The position numbers and the translations under genes are program-made. The notes beneath the pieces were generated by a model. The model was not told the origin of the DNA. It worked only from the letters and a program-made list of their open reading frames with translations, and ran no database searches. A stretch of 64,000 nt of DNA. Origin: an uncultured Acidimicrobiia bacterium. GTDB taxonomy: Bacteria > Actinomycetota > Acidimicrobiia > Spongiisociales > UBA11373. Positions within the stretch are counted from its first letter, which is position 1, and each line of letters begins with the position of its first letter. Where the stretch lies: NCBI GenBank assembly GCA_964511945.1, contig CAZEHO010000004.1, forward strand, positions 41,193-105,192. The letters are read 5' to 3'. Positions 49,170 through 58,201 of the stretch are shown piece by piece.

Positions 49170-49349
49170 CTAGGCCGTGCGGGCCAGCGAGTCGGCCGAT
49201 TCGCCGTTGCCGGCAACCGGGGTCTCGATGTGTGCGTCCTGGATCGTGTTGATGATCGCCCGCCAGTCGCGGGTCAGAGCACACTTCCCGCAGTAGTACC
49301 CCTCGTCGCGTTTGACGACGGCCGGGTCGCCGCATGTGGTGCAGTTCAT
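49170..49349 (-). CDS. 59-aa CxxC-CxxC zinc-finger microprotein
   Basis: AGGAG RBS, MNCTTCGDPAVVKRDEGYYCGKCALTRDW... Confidence 0.72.
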   Translation of the reverse strand: MNCTTCGDPAVVKRDEGYYCGKCALTRDWRAIINTIQDAHIETPVAGNGESADSLARTA

Positions 49350-49377
49350 GGCGCGGGCTCCTGTTCTGACACAGTGA

Positions 49378-49405
49378 AGGTCGGCAGCAAGCCCACCGGA
49401 CTTGA
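49378..49405 (-). promoter_or_regulatory. Putative sigma28/WhiG-type promoter of the Zn-finger microprotein
   Basis: Minus strand TCAA(G)-N16-GCCGACCT. Confidence 0.65.
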
Positions 49406-49408
49406 GGA

Positions 49409-49503
49409 GCGAGCTGGGAACTGGGAACCGGCAGCGCAGCACTGCTCTTTGCGGCGCTCCGTCCCGCTCCCGAGTCCCGATACCCGGTTCCGGCAACCAG
49501 CCG
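49409..49503. repeat. Degenerate heptamer tandem repeats (related arrays at ~1033-1066, ~9512-9535, ~47311-47331)
   Basis: GGGAACT GGGAACC GGCAGCG opposed to CCCGAGT CCCGATA CCCGGTT CCGGCAA. Confidence 0.55.
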
Positions 49504-49516
49504 ACGGGAGGGGGCC

Positions 49517-51655
49517 TCACTCCCCCAGGGTGCGGTCGGCGAGCAGCATCGCCAGGTCCTGGACCACGACCTCTTCGTCCTTGCCCAGGTCCTTGACGGC
49601 GTCATCGACCATCACGTAACAGAACGGGCACCCGGTGGCGATGGCGTCGGCGCCGGTGGCAACGGCCTCCTCGGTGCGTTCGAGGTTGACCTTCTTGCCG
49701 GTGGACTCTTCCATCCACATCTGGGCGCCGCCCGCTCCACAGCAGAACGCCTTGGTCCCGTTGCGGGGCATCTCGACCAGATCGCCGACCGACCCGACCA
49801 CCTCACGCGGTGCCATGAAGATGTCGTTGTGGCGGCCCAGGTAGCACGGATCGTGATAGGTGATCTTGCGGTCGTCCCCGTTCTTCGGGGTGATGCGCTC
49901 CTCACGAATCAGCTGCAGCAGCAGTTCGCTGTGGTGGACCACTTCGTAGTCGCCGCCGAACTGCGGGTACTCGTTGGCAAGGGTGTTGAAACAGTGGGGA
50001 CACTGCGTGATCACCTTGGTGATCCCGAGGTCGTTCAAGGTTTCGATGTTCTGCAGAGCCAGCTGCTGGAAAACGAACTCGTTGCCTGCCCGCCGCGCAG
50101 GATCACCGGTACAGAGTTCGTTGGCCCCGAGGATGGCGAAGTCGACCCCGGCCTCGTTGAGCAGCTTGGCCGTGGCGACGGTGACCTTGCGGTTGCGGTC
50201 GTCGAACGAACCGGCACAGCCAACCCAGTAGAGGTACTCGGCGGTCTCGGCGTTCTCGCCGAGGATCTTCACCTCGAACTCCAGCTCCTTGGTCCAGTCG
50301 GCCCGGTTCTGTTGGCTCATTCCGTAGGGATTGGAGGAGTTCTCCATGCTGATGAAGGCGTTCCCCAGCTGTGACGGGAAGTCACTCTCCATCAGGGACA
50401 GATAGCGGCGCATGTCGAGGATCTTGTCGAGGATTTCGATGTCCACCGGGCAGATGTCGTCGCATGCCCGGCAGGTCGTGCACGACCAGAGCTCTTCGCC
50501 GGTGATGCGTTCGAAGACCGAATCGCTCGACACGGTGATCTCGGCGTCGACCCCGACCGGGGACGACACTGCCGGCGAGCCGGTACGAGCCGCGACCTCG
50601 CCCAGCTTGAGGACGATCTCGCGTGGGTCGAGCGGCTTGCCCGTCTGGTTGGCCGGGCACACCGAGGTGCAGCGCCCGCAGATGGTGCAAGCGTCGGTGT
50701 CGAGGAGCTGCTTCCAGGTGAAGTCCTTGATCTCCGAGGCGCCTACCGTCTCGATGTCCTCGACCTCCATGAGGTTGGGCATCTCACGCATCGCCCCGAC
50801 CGGGCGCTCCCGAGCGGAGAGCAGCATGTTCGCCGGTGAGGTGACCATGTGGCGCAGCTTCGTGGTAGGCAGGGCAATGAGGAAAGCCACGAACGTGAGG
50901 GCATGAGCGACCCACAGCGCCTGGTGAATGAATGATGCCGACGATGCCGGCACCAGGTACGACAGGCCGTATCCGGCGAACGACCAGATCTCGAAGTCGG
51001 GCCGCCCCATCTCGGCGATCCGGGCCGCCTCGACGGCGATTCCGGTGATACCGATGAGCAGGAGGAGGCTCAGCATCCAGCCGTCCTCGGGACGGGTCTT
51101 GGAGCGGATCCGCCACGGTGGGGCGCCGTAGCGACGGATGATTGCGAACAGCACCCCGAACGTGAAGACGATGGCGGCGATGTCGAGGACGAAGGAGAAG
51201 CCCTGGTAGAAGCCGCCCTCGATGAATTTCAGGTTGTTCGGGGCAAGGTGATTGATCTCGACGATCGCGGTCCCGGCAGCCAGCACCAGAAACCCGAAGT
51301 AGATCATGGAGTGAATGGTCCCGGCGACCGGATCCTCCATCACCGTCCGCATCGAGATGCCTCGCCAGAACTCGATGAACCGCTTGCCCCAGTTGCCGGA
51401 CCTGGATTCAGAGGCACCGCGCTCCCAGTTCCTCGCCCGGACTGCGAAGAGGTACGCCATCACGCCGATGGCGGCGGCGACTCCGATGTAGAAGAGGGCA
51501 ACAACGGCATCGGGGACGTTGCCGAAGTCCTCACGGCCGATCTCCGGGTGGGCATGGTCGGGCAGGGTGCCCAGCCACCACAGGACAAGCGTCGCAATGG
51601 GGCCGATCACGACCAGTGCCAGCAGAACCCGGGTGGCGGTGATACGACGCAGCAT
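49517..51655 (-). CDS. Membrane Fe-S oxidoreductase (FadF/heterodisulfide-reductase-related)
   Basis: TM domain, CTICGRCTSVCP, CTTCRACDDICP, two CCG domains (CTGDPARR; HDPCYLGR...CCGAGG). Confidence 0.92.
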   Translation of the reverse strand: MLRRITATRVLLALVVIGPIATLVLWWLGTLPDHAHPEIGREDFGNVPDAVVALFYIGVAAAIGVMAYLFAVRARNWERGASESRSGNWGKRFIEFWRGISMRTVMEDPVAGTIHSMIYFGFLVLAAGTAIVEINHLAPNNLKFIEGGFYQGFSFVLDIAAIVFTFGVLFAIIRRYGAPPWRIRSKTRPEDGWMLSLLLLIGITGIAVEAARIAEMGRPDFEIWSFAGYGLSYLVPASSASFIHQALWVAHALTFVAFLIALPTTKLRHMVTSPANMLLSARERPVGAMREMPNLMEVEDIETVGASEIKDFTWKQLLDTDACTICGRCTSVCPANQTGKPLDPREIVLKLGEVAARTGSPAVSSPVGVDAEITVSSDSVFERITGEELWSCTTCRACDDICPVDIEILDKILDMRRYLSLMESDFPSQLGNAFISMENSSNPYGMSQQNRADWTKELEFEVKILGENAETAEYLYWVGCAGSFDDRNRKVTVATAKLLNEAGVDFAILGANELCTGDPARRAGNEFVFQQLALQNIETLNDLGITKVITQCPHCFNTLANEYPQFGGDYEVVHHSELLLQLIREERITPKNGDDRKITYHDPCYLGRHNDIFMAPREVVGSVGDLVEMPRNGTKAFCCGAGGAQMWMEESTGKKVNLERTEEAVATGADAIATGCPFCYVMVDDAVKDLGKDEEVVVQDLAMLLADRTLGE

Positions 51656-51763
51656 GCCTCTCCTCGAGCCGGTATCGAGTCATGCTAACCCTGGGGGTCG
51701 ACGGCTCGACTAGGGCGCAAAGGCCCCATCACCCCGGGGAGAAAGCGCTTCCACCTCCGTGGT

Positions 51764-52888
51764 TCACTCCAACTTGGGCAGTTCGAGGTGGCCGAGATGA
51801 ATCATGTAGTGATGAGGCGTGCATACCAGTCGCATCTCGTCGATGTCGGTGGCGCCGCCCTCAATCCAGGGGATTTCATGGTGAGCGTCGCACCACTCGG
51901 GTGGGCGATCGCATCCGGGGATGACGCATCCGCCGTCACGGATGGCGAGAGCCCGGCGCTGGGCCGGGGTGGCGGTACGAACCTTGCGACCCATCTCGAG
52001 GATTTCGTGAGATCCCTTCATCAGGACACCGCACACGGTTGCATCGCAAGCGAGGAACTCGCGGGCTGCAGGGCCGAGCAGCTTGTGGTGACCTATCTCG
52101 CTGCGCGAAGTGACCCCGCCGGTGAGCGCATCCACGTCGACGATCACATTGAGGTGGGGGCGGTTCCCACCGACGATGGGGGCCTTGTCGGAATCGAGGT
52201 GATGGCGGCAGATCTCGGTGAGGGCATCGACCCTGCGTTGGGTGGGTGTGCGGCCGTCATCGCCGTCGCGGTTGGCGGGGCCGGCCAGTGACTCGATGGC
52301 GGCACCAATGGTTTCGGCGGAGACCCGATCGAGCTCGGCGCCGAGCCGGACCGTGCCCTCAAGCGTCTCGGACAGGGTGAGCCGACGACGCCGATGCTGC
52401 TCCCGTTCCTCCACACGGCTGTGTTCTCGTGCCTGGTTCTGCCGCCAGATGCCCACCGTGTTGGCGAACGTGGCCGCATCCTGCGAACCGGCACGATCCA
52501 ACAATTCGGTCTCGTCCCGCGAGAACGGTTCGGGTGCGGCCTCCCGAGCATCCATGAGGCGGCGCACTCGCCCGGCATCGATGTCGCCGTCGGCGAACGC
52601 CCTGGCGGTGGCCGGCATCTCCTGCAGTTGGCGGGCCATCCGGACACGCCCTGCCGCCGCCTGCTGCGAGTCACCCGTCCGGAAGGCGACGAAAGCCTGC
52701 AGGGAAAGGAACCGCTCAGTCACGTGTGAACGCCGACGGTCGATTTCCGCCAGTGCCGCGGCGGCCTCGGCAGCAGCCATGACTTCCCGACGCCGGCACT
52801 CGACGTAGTGATCGTGGAGGTCGGCATCCGACATCTCCGAGAACCCGGGATCAGAACCGACCGGAGGGGCAGGCAACACCTCCAACAT
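51764..52888 (-). CDS. DUF222 / HNH endonuclease (REP13E12-like)
   Basis: QRRVDAL, RPHLNVIVD, LACDA, QRRALAIRDGGCVIPGC..PPEWCDAHH..W..GG.T.....LVCTPHH. Confidence 0.92.
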   Translation of the reverse strand: MLEVLPAPPVGSDPGFSEMSDADLHDHYVECRRREVMAAAEAAAALAEIDRRRSHVTERFLSLQAFVAFRTGDSQQAAAGRVRMARQLQEMPATARAFADGDIDAGRVRRLMDAREAAPEPFSRDETELLDRAGSQDAATFANTVGIWRQNQAREHSRVEEREQHRRRRLTLSETLEGTVRLGAELDRVSAETIGAAIESLAGPANRDGDDGRTPTQRRVDALTEICRHHLDSDKAPIVGGNRPHLNVIVDVDALTGGVTSRSEIGHHKLLGPAAREFLACDATVCGVLMKGSHEILEMGRKVRTATPAQRRALAIRDGGCVIPGCDRPPEWCDAHHEIPWIEGGATDIDEMRLVCTPHHYMIHLGHLELPKLE

Positions 52889-52894
52889 GAAGAC

Positions 52895-52916
52895 AAGGTA
52901 TCGATCGGGTGTGACA
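52895..52916 (-). promoter_or_regulatory. PafBC/RecA-NDp-like DNA-damage promoter, leaderless
   Basis: Minus strand TGTCAC-N10-TACCTT, 6 nt before ATG 52888. Confidence 0.65.
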
Positions 52917-52966
52917 CAAAACCCGGCGGTGAGAGTGAAGCTGCGATCGGCGGTCGCGAGCGGTCG

Positions 52967-53797
52967 TCAACCCCCCGCCACCAAGCCCACCGCGACCAGC
53001 GCCAACACATGGCCCAGCTGCCGCCTCCTCGTCAACCGCTCACCGAATACCACCCAGGCCAACAGCACAGTCGCCGCCGGGAACATCGCCGCCACCACCG
53101 AGACCACCGCCAGCGAACCGCGGGTCGTTCCCAGGACGAACAAGCCGTTACCGAGTGTCACCAGGAATCCGGCGCCGATGCTGGACACCACTGCTCCACC
53201 GGCGGGGCGGGGTTCGCGACGCGTCACCAGAACGGCGGTCAGAATCGTCAATGATCCGGCCACCCGCGCCGGCAGCAGCGACCAGATCCCCGCCGTGTCG
53301 GAACCCAGGCTCAGAGGATCAGCAGGCCGCCAAAGCCCAGGCCCGCAAGTATTCCGAAGATCACGCCCGCCCGCACATCGTCGGCCTCACTGATCCGGCC
53401 CGTGCTGCTCAGGATCCAGATCGCCACGACACCCATCGCCAGCCCGGCGACGACCACGGGTCCCGGGACATCCCCTTGCGCGACCTCGAACAGGGCGGCC
53501 ATACCGCCGCCCCAACGGCAGCGATCGCGACACCACCGCCATGGCACTCCGGCTGAATCCCGTGTAGAGCGAGATGACCGCTCCGGCACCGCAGGTGCCG
53601 GCGATGGCTCCCCAAAAGACCGTTGGGCGATCGAGGCTGCCGCCGAAGAGCGGCCCGAGGACGAGCATCACGGCAACGCCGGCCAGGTGGTTGGTGAGCA
53701 CAACTCCCATCACCCGTCCACGGCGCGATGCCAGACCGCTGAAGAAGTCACCCGACCCCGAGAGGGCCGCGGCGCCGAGCGCAAGCAGCAGGGCCAG
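52967..53797 (-). pseudogene. EamA/DMT transporter split by at least three frameshifts
   Basis: GSGDFFSGLASRR, MAVVS, IAAVGAAVWP, GERLTRRRQLG found in different frames. Confidence 0.75.
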
Positions 53798-53804
53798 GGC
53801 GGCT

Positions 53805-54530
53805 CTACACCCGGTCGGGGGGCCGCATCGCCAGCAGGAGGCCGCGGCCCATCGGCCCCTCCGGATCGAAGCTGGCATCGAGCCCTGCGGCCTGCGCCGA
53901 CTCGAGGTACTGCTCCTCGGTGAACAGGCCGAGTTCGTGGACCTCTGAGTAGGTCTCGGCCCGCTCCGGCGTCGCCACCAGGTAGTCGAAGACGAGCTTC
54001 GAGACACCCTCCTCGGACGGCAGCGAACGAGAGGTGCGGGCGATCTTGAGATCGAACTCATCAACGGTGTGGAGCACCACCCTCCCCTCCTCCCAGCGGT
54101 CCGGCGTGAACCAGGGCTCCACCGCGAGCACGCCCCCGAAGTTCAGATGGCGCGCCATCGCGGCGATCGCAGCATGGAGCCGCTCCTCGGTCCTCACGTA
54201 GCCGATCGAGCTGAACAGGCAGGTCACCGCATCGAATCGCTGCTCGAGGTCGAAGTCCGTCATGTCCGCGTGATGGATATCGATGTCCGGATTCCGCTCA
54301 CGTGCGATCTCGATCAGCGCCGGATCGATGTCCACACCGGCGACGACGTCGTAGCGATTGCGGAACACCGCGAGGTGGCGGCCGGTGCCGCAAGCCACAT
54401 CCAGCAACGACCGGGCATCGAGGCGGTTGGCGCGGATCGCAGCATCGACAGCCTTGGCGTGGGCGCTGTAATCGAGGTGGCCGTAGACGGTGTCGTAGAA
54501 CCGTGCGGTGTCGTGGAACGGGCCGGGCAT
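53805..54530 (-). CDS. Class I SAM-dependent methyltransferase (TylM1/DesVI-like family)
   Basis: LLDVACGTGRH, ADM, FDAVTCLFSSIGY, VEPW. Confidence 0.88.
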   Translation of the reverse strand: MPGPFHDTARFYDTVYGHLDYSAHAKAVDAAIRANRLDARSLLDVACGTGRHLAVFRNRYDVVAGVDIDPALIEIARERNPDIDIHHADMTDFDLEQRFDAVTCLFSSIGYVRTEERLHAAIAAMARHLNFGGVLAVEPWFTPDRWEEGRVVLHTVDEFDLKIARTSRSLPSEEGVSKLVFDYLVATPERAETYSEVHELGLFTEEQYLESAQAAGLDASFDPEGPMGRGLLLAMRPPDRV

Positions 54531-54590
54531 TGTGCAGGCCAGGCTATTCAGGGCGATGGCCCTTCCCCGGGATTCAACCTGCGATCAGAA

Positions 54591-55037
54591 TCAGTCAGGG
54601 CGGCCGGGTGGCCAGGCGTCCCGGTCTGCCGTGCTGATCTCGACTGTGTTGCCCATCGGGTCAATGACCGGGAAGCTCCAGTACCTAACCCACACCGGCT
54701 CGGTGTGCCTGGTCTCGACCCCGGCGGATCTGGCCGCCTCGACTGCACGTCCGAAGTCGTGAGGTGGGCACTCGAATCCCCAAGAGGGGGCCGCACTCGA
54801 TCCCGCCTCCCAACCCGGCTGCTGTGTCCAGCCCTCCACGTGGATGGGGCTCGGGTGGGTAGAGATGGCGATCTGGAGCTCTCCCACGAGGTAGCCCACC
54901 GCTCGTTCCTCGGCTGAGAAGTAGATCTCCGACAGCCCCAACACGTCCGTGTAGAAGCTCCGAGCGAGTTCCAGGTCAGCACAGTGGAGGTAGAGGAAGG
55001 TCCGGATGCGCTGATGTATCCAGGTGGCCAGGATCAA
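54591..55037 (-). CDS. VOC/glyoxalase family protein (start uncertain)
   Basis: DLELARSFYTDVLGL, DPMGNTVEI. Confidence 0.8.
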   Translation of the reverse strand: MILATWIHQRIRTFLYLHCADLELARSFYTDVLGLSEIYFSAEERAVGYLVGELQIAISTHPSPIHVEGWTQQPGWEAGSSAAPSWGFECPPHDFGRAVEAARSAGVETRHTEPVWVRYWSFPVIDPMGNTVEISTADRDAWPPGRPD

Positions 55038-55192
55038 AGCGATCCCCAGGCTCTCCCGTGGACTTCCGGTGCCTCCCTGCGGTGTCTCACGGCGATCAAC
55101 ACCGTCAGCGCCGTAGCTGTCATCGACCCCTGATCCCCAACGCGACAACGCCGCCCCGGAGGGCGGCGCCGTCAGATCTCGTCGGACCGAAC

Positions 55193-55921
55193 CTAGAGCT
55201 CGATGCCCAGTTCCGCCTTGAGTTCGGCGAGCTTCGTGTCGGCCTGCGCCAGTGACACGGCTTCGCGCAGCTCGGCCTCGGCTCCTTCCGGAGTTGCTTC
55301 GCGCAGCTCAGCCCGGGCCATCGCCTCGGCCTTGCGCTTCTCGATCTTCTCCTCGACCTTGTCCAGGCTGACCGCCTCGGTGTCCATGTTTGCCGACATG
55401 GACTCGATGGCCTTGTTGACCGACTCCTGCATCTTGGCCTGCTGCAGGGCGCCGACCAGCTCCATCCGCTTCGCCGCCAGTTCCTGGAGGCGCATGGCGT
55501 TTTGCTGCACGGCCCGCTTGGCGCTGTCGGCCTGGGTCTGAGCCGTCTCGTACTGACCCTTGAGCCCATTGAGGTTGTTCTCAGAGGCTTGCAGCTTCAT
55601 GGCGAGGCTCTGCGCCGTCTTAGTCCACTTGTCGGTTGCGGCAGCGTCGCCGGCGTTGGATGACTCCTGCGCCTTCAGCAGGGCCTGCTTTGCCATCTCG
55701 CGGGCCTCACCGACGTTGTCGGCGGCTCGCTCGATCTGGCTCTCGAGCTGGGTGCGATGTGCCACGACCTTTGCGGCCTGGTTGCGCAGCTCCTGATCGC
55801 GCTTGCGCGCCTCCTGGATCGCCTGCTCGATCTCGATCTCCGGATCCATCATCGCTTCCGTCTTGGTGCGGAAGAGCGCCTTGATGTATCCCCACAGCCG
55901 CTTCAAGAAACCCATGTCCAT
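55193..55921 (-). CDS. pspA: PspA/IM30 family protein
   Basis: N-terminal amphipathic helix GFLKRLW, DPEIEIEQAI, long coiled coil, LAELKAEL. Confidence 0.92.
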   Translation of the reverse strand: MDMGFLKRLWGYIKALFRTKTEAMMDPEIEIEQAIQEARKRDQELRNQAAKVVAHRTQLESQIERAADNVGEAREMAKQALLKAQESSNAGDAAATDKWTKTAQSLAMKLQASENNLNGLKGQYETAQTQADSAKRAVQQNAMRLQELAAKRMELVGALQQAKMQESVNKAIESMSANMDTEAVSLDKVEEKIEKRKAEAMARAELREATPEGAEAELREAVSLAQADTKLAELKAELGIEL

Positions 55922-55972
55922 CCTTCGTGTGCTCGGGGTCGTTCAATGATAGGAGCCGGGGCTCCCGACGCG

Positions 55973-57241
55973 TCAGCCCCGGCGGCGCTTCCGCCCCGCC
56001 GAACCCCCGGTCTTGCGGGTCCGGCTCCGGCCGGCCGACGAGCCCGAGGAGGGTCCCCGGACGATCTGCCGCGACCTGCGTCGCGGCGGCGCCTGGCTTG
56101 CCCCCCAATCGAGAGAGCGGCCACCACCACTCGCTCCTCCAACCAGGATCGAGAAGATACCGCCGAGGTCGATTCCGCCACCACCGTGCGACCGGGGTGC
56201 CGACGGCGCCGGCACCGGGCGACCCTCGACCTCGATCATGCGGGGTTCCGGATCCCTTCCGCGCCGCAGCCGCTCGGCGTCCCTTACGCAGACCTTGACG
56301 GTCTTGTCCCCGGCCGCGGTCCGGATGTCGGCATCCTCGAACGGTCCCGGGTGGATCGGATCAAAGAAGCACGCATGGCGTTCCTCGGGTTTCGGCTTCT
56401 CGGGAATGGTCCGGCCCGCCACCAGAGCTTCGGCGGCATCAAGCTGCCAGCGGGCCTCGTCGAGCCGATCCGACAGGCTTTCGAGCTGGCCGAGATCGGT
56501 TGCGGTCTCGAACTGCTCCGACACTTCGGTGAACGTGACCGAGGCCTGCTCCAGATACGTGTTGTCCTCGCGAGTGTCGGACACCTTGACCGAATCGGTG
56601 ATGTCGAGGATCACGTTGGCCATGGCGTCGAGCTGCCCCTTGATCTCCGCCCGAGCTTCGTTGATCGACTGCTGGAGCCGATCCTCATTGCGTTTCTTCC
56701 CCCGCCGGATGGCCCACCACGCGAGGAGGATCAGCCCACCAATGATGGCAAGGAAGACGATGAGCCCGGCACCCCCTCCGCCGCCGTCGTCCGACGATGA
56801 AGCGGCGACCGTGGTTGCCGGGGACGCGAAGGACGCCAGCTCATCCACCACCGCATCGGTGATCGCTTCATCGTTGCCGGCCGACAGCCCCCGATCGAGG
56901 GCTCGTGACACCTCTGCATCGCTGAAGTCGACGCTGGCGAGGCCGGCACCAGAGGCCGACAGCACCAGCACGGTGCCCCGCCCGACTTCATCTCGGACCG
57001 ACAGGGCGAACCCCTCGGAACCACCCGACGGCTCCTCGTCGAGAATGACGACGGCAAAGGTGAAGTCGGCGCGGTCGACGGCACTGCGCAGCCGGGATTC
57101 GTCGGCCGAGACACCCGATTCGACGTAGACCCCGTCCCCGAGCCCGGACACAACCTGATCGACCGTGGCGGCGCCGGCAGGCGCGGAAATGGCCAGAAGC
57201 AACAGCAGGAGCAGCGTGATGAAGGAGGAGCGGCGGAACAT
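55973..57241 (-). CDS. TPM-like membrane protein with cytoplasmic CFFDPxH...C motif
   Basis: Signal peptide, extracellular alpha/beta domain, TM, coiled coil, CFFDPIHPG...VKVC, Gly/Arg-rich tail. Confidence 0.72.
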   Translation of the reverse strand: MFRRSSFITLLLLLLLAISAPAGAATVDQVVSGLGDGVYVESGVSADESRLRSAVDRADFTFAVVILDEEPSGGSEGFALSVRDEVGRGTVLVLSASGAGLASVDFSDAEVSRALDRGLSAGNDEAITDAVVDELASFASPATTVAASSSDDGGGGGAGLIVFLAIIGGLILLAWWAIRRGKKRNEDRLQQSINEARAEIKGQLDAMANVILDITDSVKVSDTREDNTYLEQASVTFTEVSEQFETATDLGQLESLSDRLDEARWQLDAAEALVAGRTIPEKPKPEERHACFFDPIHPGPFEDADIRTAAGDKTVKVCVRDAERLRRGRDPEPRMIEVEGRPVPAPSAPRSHGGGGIDLGGIFSILVGGASGGGRSLDWGASQAPPRRRSRQIVRGPSSGSSAGRSRTRKTGGSAGRKRRRG

Positions 57242-57273
57242 GGGGCGGATGGTAGGCCCGCCGGATCGTGCGA

Positions 57274-58185
57274 TCACTTCCCGACCAGCGCCCGGAGGAA
57301 GAACCAGAGGTTGGCGGGACGCTCGGCGAGACGCCGGGTCAAGTAGGGGTACCAGGAATCCCCGTACGGGACGTACACCCGGACGCTGTGACCGTCGGCA
57401 AGGAGTTGCTCCTGGAGCCGCCCGCGGATCCCGTGGAGCATCTGGAACTCGAACGGGCCCGTCCGCCGTCCGGCGAACCGTTTGGTGAGTTCGATGCGGT
57501 CGTCGTCGTGGGTAGCGATCGCCGGGAGCAGGTTCTCGGCACGCATCAGCTCGTCCAGCAACTGATCAAACGAAGCATCCACCTCACCGGGGTGACGCCA
57601 CGCCACGGAATCCGGCTCGTCGTAGGCACCCTTACACAACCGGATGTGTCCACCGATTGGTGCGATGCGGGCAAAGTCGTCGGCGGTGCGGTACAGATAG
57701 GCCTGGATTGCGAGCCCGAGATTCCGATGTTCTCGCTGCACTCCGGTGTAGAGGTTGATCGTCGTCTCCGTGTGCGCCGACCCCTCCATGTCGATCGTGA
57801 TCGTCAGGGCCAACTCGGCCGCCCGGGCCGCAAGGGCCATGAGCGATTCGGCGGCAAGGTGATCGTCGAACCCCATGCCGAGCTGGGTCAGCTTGATCGA
57901 GATGTTGGCGTCGAGTTGCTCCGCTGCGATGGACTCGAGGCACTCCAGGTAGTCGTCGCGGGCTCGCAATGCCAGGTCTCGATCGGTCACATGTTCGCCG
58001 AGGTGGTCGAGCGAGACCTGGAAGCCCCGCTCGTTGAGCCGGCGGGTGACGGCCACGGCCTCGTCCAGTGTCTCTCCGGCCACGAAGCGCATCGCAACCC
58101 TGCGGCCGAAGCGGAAACGGGTGAACAGGGCCCTGACCGCCCCGAGTCTGGTGAGGAACATGACCAGGCGACCGAGCAGGCTCAA
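57274..58185 (-). CDS. Monofunctional proline dehydrogenase
   Basis: RFVAGETL, SLDHLGE, SIKLTQLG, IDME, QAYLYR, RLCKGAY, IATHD, YVPYG, RRLAERPAN; GGAGG before TTG 58185. Confidence 0.95.
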   Translation of the reverse strand: MSLLGRLVMFLTRLGAVRALFTRFRFGRRVAMRFVAGETLDEAVAVTRRLNERGFQVSLDHLGEHVTDRDLALRARDDYLECLESIAAEQLDANISIKLTQLGMGFDDHLAAESLMALAARAAELALTITIDMEGSAHTETTINLYTGVQREHRNLGLAIQAYLYRTADDFARIAPIGGHIRLCKGAYDEPDSVAWRHPGEVDASFDQLLDELMRAENLLPAIATHDDDRIELTKRFAGRRTGPFEFQMLHGIRGRLQEQLLADGHSVRVYVPYGDSWYPYLTRRLAERPANLWFFLRALVGK

Positions 58186-58201
58186 CTGGCAGTTCCTCCG
58201 A

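Noticed and set aside
53805-54530. TylM1-like methyltransferase as a sign of an antibiotic biosynthetic cluster
   Set aside because: No deoxysugar, PKS or NRPS genes nearby.
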